This document shows, piece by piece, positions 57,750-64,000 of a stretch of DNA of 64,000 nt. The position numbers and the translations under genes are program-made. The notes below the pieces were generated by a model. The model was given only the letters and a program-made list of their open reading frames with translations. It made no database searches and was not told where the DNA came from. Numbering within the stretch: position 1 is the stretch's first letter; the number at the start of each line of letters is the position of its first letter. The stretch lies in sequence record PV654397.1. One strand, written 5' to 3'.

Positions 57750-58142
57750 TTACATCCCCACGAAACCCTGTCTTGCTGCATATGAAGGAGCATCTTTAAC
57801 TTTATAGTCTTGGACACCATCTTTACCAATTTTCGGACCCATATCTTTGGTTCCGAAGCAGCAATCAGTGGATTCATCAACTTCTTCAGTACTTTCATCA
57901 TTATATCGAACATCCGATAAAATGTCACACGCTTTTTGAAGCTTTTCTACGATTTCTTTTTGATCTTCACCTGATTTAACCTTATCCACAATGTGGATAA
58001 GGCATTCGGTGATATCTTTAAGTAAATCGGTGGCAACAGCATCAGAAGGAGTCTCAACTGCAAAACTTTCTTCTTCAGTAGATTCTTCACTAGAAGTGAT
58101 TTCATCTAATGCTTCAACCAATTCACGATAATTATATCCCAT
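57750..58142 (-). CDS. Acidic protein, possible prohead core component
   Basis: E/D-rich, in the head-assembly-like cluster. Confidence 0.45.
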   Translation of the reverse strand: MGYNYRELVEALDEITSSEESTEEESFAVETPSDAVATDLLKDITECLIHIVDKVKSGEDQKEIVEKLQKACDILSDVRYNDESTEEVDESTDCCFGTKDMGPKIGKDGVQDYKVKDAPSYAARQGFVGM

Positions 58143-58143
58143 C

Positions 58144-59133
58144 TTATTTGTCCCCTAGAAATTGTTGATATTTCTTCTGGAGACTTTCGAAAATGTCTTC
58201 GACTTCTTCATCGCTTTCATCTTCTAGTTCTTCGTTACCTTCCACAGACTCATCACTCTCATTAACATTGAGTGGGTTGTCACCTAGAGCAGTACCTGGG
58301 AACTTAGGTTCAAATTTGTGAACACGGTTCTCGTTACCGTCATTGTCATAGTACTCTGGTTCAGGACGATTGTCAACATCTTCATCAACGACACGTCTCC
58401 AGTAGAACTTGTTACCCTTGGTAATAACAACAAAGTGGTCACCTTCTACACCATTAGTTTTAGCTTGACCGTCACGAACGGCATCAGCTTCAGTGTTGTA
58501 AGGTCCAAAATCAGTACTGTCACCTTGTTCTTCATCTTCGGAGATGGTTAGGTCTGGTAGGAAAGTGTTTTCTTCAACTTTAACTTCAGTATCTGGGTTA
58601 CCTTCTACTGAATATTCATCTTCTGGTTCGTCTTGAAGACCAGCTAGAGATAGCATACGACTGAAATCGAATTCTTCTTCGATGATTTCTTCTTCTTCCT
58701 CTTCTTCAACTGATTCTAGTTGAGGTTGACCGGAAAGATCTAAAGAAAACTCTTCTTCATCTGCAACACCAGGCTCTTCGAACTCTGCATCCATACTTAC
58801 TTCTTCAGAATCACCACCAAAATCACCAGCTTCAGCAGATAGTGAGTCAGCAGCTACTTCCAATGGGTCTTCAACTGGTGCATCAATCGCACCATCCATT
58901 GCACCACCAACTTCTTCTTCAGCACCAGCACCAATGGAATCCATGTCGAGTGGAGCGATTGGTGGTAGAGAAGGGGCCATAGACCCCATAGAAGGAACTG
59001 GAGCAGCAACAGGAGAAGCTTGACGCTCTGCTTGACCAGCTAATGCAAGCATACGAGATAGTGTTTCTAGATCTTCAGATTCTAGACCTGCGATATCGAT
59101 TTTAACTTGTGCTTCATTAATTTTTTTAGCCAT
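58144..59133 (-). CDS. Highly acidic prohead core/scaffold-like protein
   Basis: Poly-Glu tracts, repeated RML(A/S)LAG motif, KKINEA N-terminus. Confidence 0.5.
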   Translation of the reverse strand: MAKKINEAQVKIDIAGLESEDLETLSRMLALAGQAERQASPVAAPVPSMGSMAPSLPPIAPLDMDSIGAGAEEEVGGAMDGAIDAPVEDPLEVAADSLSAEAGDFGGDSEEVSMDAEFEEPGVADEEEFSLDLSGQPQLESVEEEEEEEIIEEEFDFSRMLSLAGLQDEPEDEYSVEGNPDTEVKVEENTFLPDLTISEDEEQGDSTDFGPYNTEADAVRDGQAKTNGVEGDHFVVITKGNKFYWRRVVDEDVDNRPEPEYYDNDGNENRVHKFEPKFPGTALGDNPLNVNESDESVEGNEELEDESDEEVEDIFESLQKKYQQFLGDK

Positions 59134-59155
59134 TTTAAATAAATCCTTTTAGTTA

Positions 59156-60667
59156 TCAATCATTCTTATTTAATGATTTTAAAATTTGCACTGTTTCATC
59201 CTTTTTACCAGATAGTAAAATGTCAGCAGCAATTAGAGAAACCTCATCACCACGCGTTAAGAGTACTGTAATTTTCTTAGCGTAAGGTGATTCTTTAATT
59301 CGTGAAGCTAATGATTGAACTTCATCCCCAGCAGCAGGAACTTCAGGTTCTGGCTCTGCAACAGGTTCTGGTTCTTTAGTAGGTTCAGCTTTTGGTTCAA
59401 CTACATCAGTACTTGATACTTCAGCATCTACTTTATCTTCAGGTTCTTCTTCTTTCTTATCAGCACGTTCTGCATCATAACGAGCAAGAATGTTATCAGC
59501 AGTTGATTTTGGAATCAATTTACCATCAGCACTAATAAAGCGGTTACCACCGATATAAGAATACTCTGTGCCTTTCTTAGATTTTACTTTAGTTCCGATT
59601 TTCATTGCACCAGAACTGTTATGGCGAATTATATCACGTTGAGCAGCACGTTCAACACTTTTTGCAGCACTAACATTTAGTTGTTTTTTAGTTTCTACAT
59701 CAAACCATGCATCTTTTTGTTTAATGTATGTTTTACCTTTATTTGAAGTAATGCGGTAACCATTTGGAACCACAACAGATTCAGTTTCTTCAATCTCTTC
59801 ATCTGCTTCATTAATGGATTCTTTTGTTGCGAATACTGGCTGTTTTACTGGTTGTTTAGGTTGTTCTGGCTTTTCACCTGATCCAAAACGTTGTTCACCT
59901 GATTCATGTTCACCAGTTAGTGAAGGAAAATCACCAGGGTTAGCCTTAACAAATTGCTGATATGCATTAAAGATTACATGTGCATTTTGTTCTGGAATTA
60001 CAACATTACCATCATTATCACAAAATTCTTTACCATTCCATTCGGAACGAGTATTACCTTGTACTAAAGTAGATTTAATTGGAATTAGTTTGTTTTTTGG
60101 TGCTAATTGGCGAGCAATACGCATACCTTCATCGGAAAGTTTACGGGTCATTGCTGGGTCAACTGGACGTCCAGATTTTGCATCAACAAAACGGTGATTT
60201 TTAGGGATGAATTTAAATCCACTAACTTCCATACCTGCTGGAATAGAAATATCATCAGCATATGGTGGAAGGATATAGAATTTTAGGGAGTTCCATTCTT
60301 TTTGTAGAGTTTCTTTTGAAACATTATATACACGGTGGTCATCTGCCATTAGTTCAGTGATAATTTCACTTTCAGTTAGTAGAATTCCATCTTTAGAATT
60401 GAAACGATTTTCACCAAGAAATGTACACTCTTTACCTTCAAGAATATATTTGTTACCAATTTTATATTCACTAGAAGATAGATTGTGCTCAACAATCTGT
60501 TGTCGAGCACTTGCGTACATGGATGGGTATTTTTTAGGGTCTACCATTAACATATTATTGTCGTTAAACCAGAAACCTTCTAGAAATACATATTTGCCAC
60601 CAGTGTGAGAAGTATATACATATCCATTAGGTACTGTGGTAGTTTCAGTACTGAAAAAATTATCCAT
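59156..60667 (-). CDS. Hypothetical protein with internally repeated small modules (possible internal head protein)
   Basis: VPNGY..TS..G..Y and KIG.K....G.E....G.NRF.S.DG.L each occur twice; start ATG 60667 after AAGGAG. Confidence 0.55.
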   Translation of the reverse strand: MDNFFSTETTTVPNGYVYTSHTGGKYVFLEGFWFNDNNMLMVDPKKYPSMYASARQQIVEHNLSSSEYKIGNKYILEGKECTFLGENRFNSKDGILLTESEIITELMADDHRVYNVSKETLQKEWNSLKFYILPPYADDISIPAGMEVSGFKFIPKNHRFVDAKSGRPVDPAMTRKLSDEGMRIARQLAPKNKLIPIKSTLVQGNTRSEWNGKEFCDNDGNVVIPEQNAHVIFNAYQQFVKANPGDFPSLTGEHESGEQRFGSGEKPEQPKQPVKQPVFATKESINEADEEIEETESVVVPNGYRITSNKGKTYIKQKDAWFDVETKKQLNVSAAKSVERAAQRDIIRHNSSGAMKIGTKVKSKKGTEYSYIGGNRFISADGKLIPKSTADNILARYDAERADKKEEEPEDKVDAEVSSTDVVEPKAEPTKEPEPVAEPEPEVPAAGDEVQSLASRIKESPYAKKITVLLTRGDEVSLIAADILLSGKKDETVQILKSLNKND

Positions 60668-60680
60668 GTGTTGATTCTCC

Positions 60681-61226
60681 TTAAGAAAGCATACGCAAAA
60701 GTTGTTCACGCTGCTCTGGACTTAATTTTTGTAGAGCATCAGGGATACTAGAACCTTGTGCTTTTGGCTGTTCCTGTGGTGCTGATTGTGGAGCATTGTC
60801 AGGTTGAGCTTGTGGTGCAGGACGTTGTTGTTCTTCACCTTTATCATCATCACGATAATCATTCATCAAGTCACGTGCTGCTGCCAATAGAGCAGAACCA
60901 ACATCTTTAGGAGTAAAAGTACGACGACTGTTATTGCCCAAATGTTTTATATCAAGGTTATTTCCTTTGAAGAATTGTGCAACATCAGCATATGGTACTG
61001 ATGGCTGTGCTTTACCGTATTTGCGACCAACATAGCGTTTAAATTCAGCCCAAAGACGGTTTGCTTCTGCACCAACTTCTTGTGCACCTTGTTCTACTTG
61101 ACCACTACCGAAAAAGCCTTTTACTTTTCCTTTTGCACTATCTACTGCACTTTGTGAACGACTATATGGACGAGCTTCATTTAGCTCTTCATCATTATAG
61201 TCTAACATTTCATTAAGTATACTCAT
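60681..61226 (-). CDS. Hypothetical protein, possible processed internal head protein
   Basis: MSILNEM..ELNEA N-terminus; P/Q/A-rich linker. Confidence 0.5.
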   Translation of the reverse strand: MSILNEMLDYNDEELNEARPYSRSQSAVDSAKGKVKGFFGSGQVEQGAQEVGAEANRLWAEFKRYVGRKYGKAQPSVPYADVAQFFKGNNLDIKHLGNNSRRTFTPKDVGSALLAAARDLMNDYRDDDKGEEQQRPAPQAQPDNAPQSAPQEQPKAQGSSIPDALQKLSPEQREQLLRMLS

Positions 61227-61229
61227 GTC

Positions 61230-61763
61230 TCAATCCTTTTTACCAAAACCAGCACTCATATATTGAGAGTATTTATTGTCACTTTTAACTGCTTCAATCG
61301 CATCTTTAACTGCGGTTACAGCACGTTCTTCACCAGCTAAATCATGGCTGTCTTCTGGTTTACCAAAATCAACACCAATTACTGGTTCGTAATCGTCAAA
61401 GTCAATATCATCTTCGAGTTCGGTCATTTCTTGTTGACGTGGTTCATCTTTACTACGTACACGGATTAGAGCTTCAGTCATACTTAGTAGGTTGCCAATT
61501 TCATACATTAGTACGTTTGATTGAACACCACGGTGGCATTTGAAATCAAACATCCAAATTTCACCACAATCTAATTCATAAAAATCTAGTGGTCTTTCCA
61601 TGAAAATAGTTTTCTTTAGTGCACCAATATCAAATGCATCATAACGATCCATTAGGCGTTGTGATACTTTACTTAGTTGCTCATTGGTAGGTTCAACTGC
61701 AAACTTGACTCGGTATTCAAAAACTGGTTTTTTATCCGTTAGGATTTGTTGTAATCTATTCAT
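61230..61763 (-). CDS. Hypothetical protein
   Basis: 177-aa ORF with SD and a late TAAATA (61792-61797, minus strand) upstream. Confidence 0.6.
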   Translation of the reverse strand: MNRLQQILTDKKPVFEYRVKFAVEPTNEQLSKVSQRLMDRYDAFDIGALKKTIFMERPLDFYELDCGEIWMFDFKCHRGVQSNVLMYEIGNLLSMTEALIRVRSKDEPRQQEMTELEDDIDFDDYEPVIGVDFGKPEDSHDLAGEERAVTAVKDAIEAVKSDNKYSQYMSAGFGKKD

Positions 61764-61790
61764 TTTAATAACTCCATAAGGTCGTTTAAG

Positions 61791-62807
<1,017 letters not shown>

Positions 62808-63902
62808 TTAAAAATCTCCTAATATGTTACCTAATCCGAATTTTGAGCTTGCAGAAGAAACGATGCTTCCTAAACCAATAGCATTTGCACCTCTTGTCAC
62901 TGCGGAACCTATGTTTCGGATGGTATCAGGAGTAATGTCACCACGAAGGATATCACCAGCACTACTGATTATATCACTAACTGATGTTCCTGCTCGGATA
63001 ATTTTACCAACTGTCGAAATTCCTTTAGTTTTGTCATCAAGTTCACCAAAGTACTTAAAGAATCCACTCACACCAAGACCTTCAGTATCGGTGATGAGTT
63101 GTGCAATTTCCATTGTAGGAACACCAATACTCAAGTACCCTTCAGGACCAAAGTTGTTACACGCTTCATAACGCATAGTCAACGATAATAGTGCTGGGTC
63201 ACCTTCACTTTCCATAGATTTAGTTTCTAATTGTATATCTTCGATGAATACATTTATCATGTTATGAACTGTATAGGTTTCATTATCAATTTCATAGATA
63301 TTAATTGATTTGAAAAAGTACTGGTTGTCGTAGTTACCATTGTTCATTACAGAACGACCCCAGTTTCCACCTAAACCATTGAAATTTTCTGGTGTACTGA
63401 GTACGTCATTTCGGTAAGATTGTGGGTTCTTGTCAAAGAAGTCACCATAGTAGAACTTACGATATGCGTCCATTAGGAGATATCCAGCACCATCAACAGT
63501 ATCGTAGAAGACAACATTACTTGGTTTATAAACAATATCACCAGTAACTAAACGTTTTTTGTTGTATTGGTTTACGGTTTCAACACTAAAAGAAAAACTA
63601 GGAAGTGTTACATCTTTTACAAAGCACGATACATTATTAACATCAAAATCAGTATGTGTATCTGGGAGTTGGGTTTTAATAAAGTTCTTTGCGAACGGGG
63701 TTAGTACAAATTCGATAATAAAACTGTTCTTAAATTTTGGTAAATTATAGAATGAAAAACCCATTTCACCTGCTGTACCAAACACACGTTGTGCAGCGTT
63801 ATAATTCTCAAAAGCTGGTTCTCTAATGATGTTGATATTGTCAATAACACCATTAACTATACTAGTTCCAGTACTGACAAATGAATCAAAAAAATCACTC
63901 AT
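62808..63902 (-). CDS. Tail-tube-fold protein (gp19/gp54-like tube initiator)
   Basis: VKDVTLPSFSF, NQYNKKR..GDIVYKP..VVFYD, SINIYEI, LSLTMRYE. Confidence 0.65.
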   Translation of the reverse strand: MSDFFDSFVSTGTSIVNGVIDNINIIREPAFENYNAAQRVFGTAGEMGFSFYNLPKFKNSFIIEFVLTPFAKNFIKTQLPDTHTDFDVNNVSCFVKDVTLPSFSFSVETVNQYNKKRLVTGDIVYKPSNVVFYDTVDGAGYLLMDAYRKFYYGDFFDKNPQSYRNDVLSTPENFNGLGGNWGRSVMNNGNYDNQYFFKSINIYEIDNETYTVHNMINVFIEDIQLETKSMESEGDPALLSLTMRYEACNNFGPEGYLSIGVPTMEIAQLITDTEGLGVSGFFKYFGELDDKTKGISTVGKIIRAGTSVSDIISSAGDILRGDITPDTIRNIGSAVTRGANAIGLGSIVSSASSKFGLGNILGDF

Positions 63903-63913
63903 GGGTTATCTCC

Positions 63914-64000
63914 TTATAATCCAATGCTACCGAAAACACGGTCAATGATATCTAATCCTTGGTTTACGTTTTCAGGTAAAAGTGAATTTATTCTAGTACT
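63914..64000 (-). CDS. C-terminal fragment of a gene starting beyond the window
   Basis: Open frame STRINSLLPENVNQGLDIIDRVFGSIGL-stop, directly upstream of the next SD. Confidence 0.5.
   Translation of the reverse strand, partial: STRINSLLPENVNQGLDIIDRVFGSIGL

Overview
AT-rich segment of a T4-related jumbo myophage, read in the standard genetic code. Gene content and order suggest the RaK2/GAP32/CBB/121Q-like group, and a WcaM-like spike points to an enterobacterial host (both inferences). From left to right: endonuclease VII; the gp55-gp47-gp46 operon; a baseplate cluster (tube-fold protein, LysM/gp53-like, hub, gp5-like spike with a degenerate M23 domain and a lysozyme, a stand-alone lysozyme paralog, gp25, gp6, a 3323-aa structural protein); an inverted clpA; neck gp14/gp15-like genes and a Nudix hydrolase; a roughly 18-kb fibre/receptor-binding module (collagen-like protein, WcaM-like spike, adaptor, two giant paralogous fibres, DUF4376 chaperone, another fibre); a thyA operon with a SLOG-like gene; a MoxR AAA+ / HExxH-vWA pair behind three tandem sigma70 promoters; acidic prohead-core-like proteins; a possible terminase small subunit; a frameshifted gp4; and a tube-fold gene. 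Three promoter classes are visible: TTGACA-N16-TATAAT, G(G/A)GACA-N16-TATAAT and late TAAATA. No tRNA, rRNA, CRISPR array, intron or mobile element could be supported. Family calls come from remembered motifs, not database searches. Several start codons were moved from the ORF track using Shine-Dalgarno (SD) evidence.
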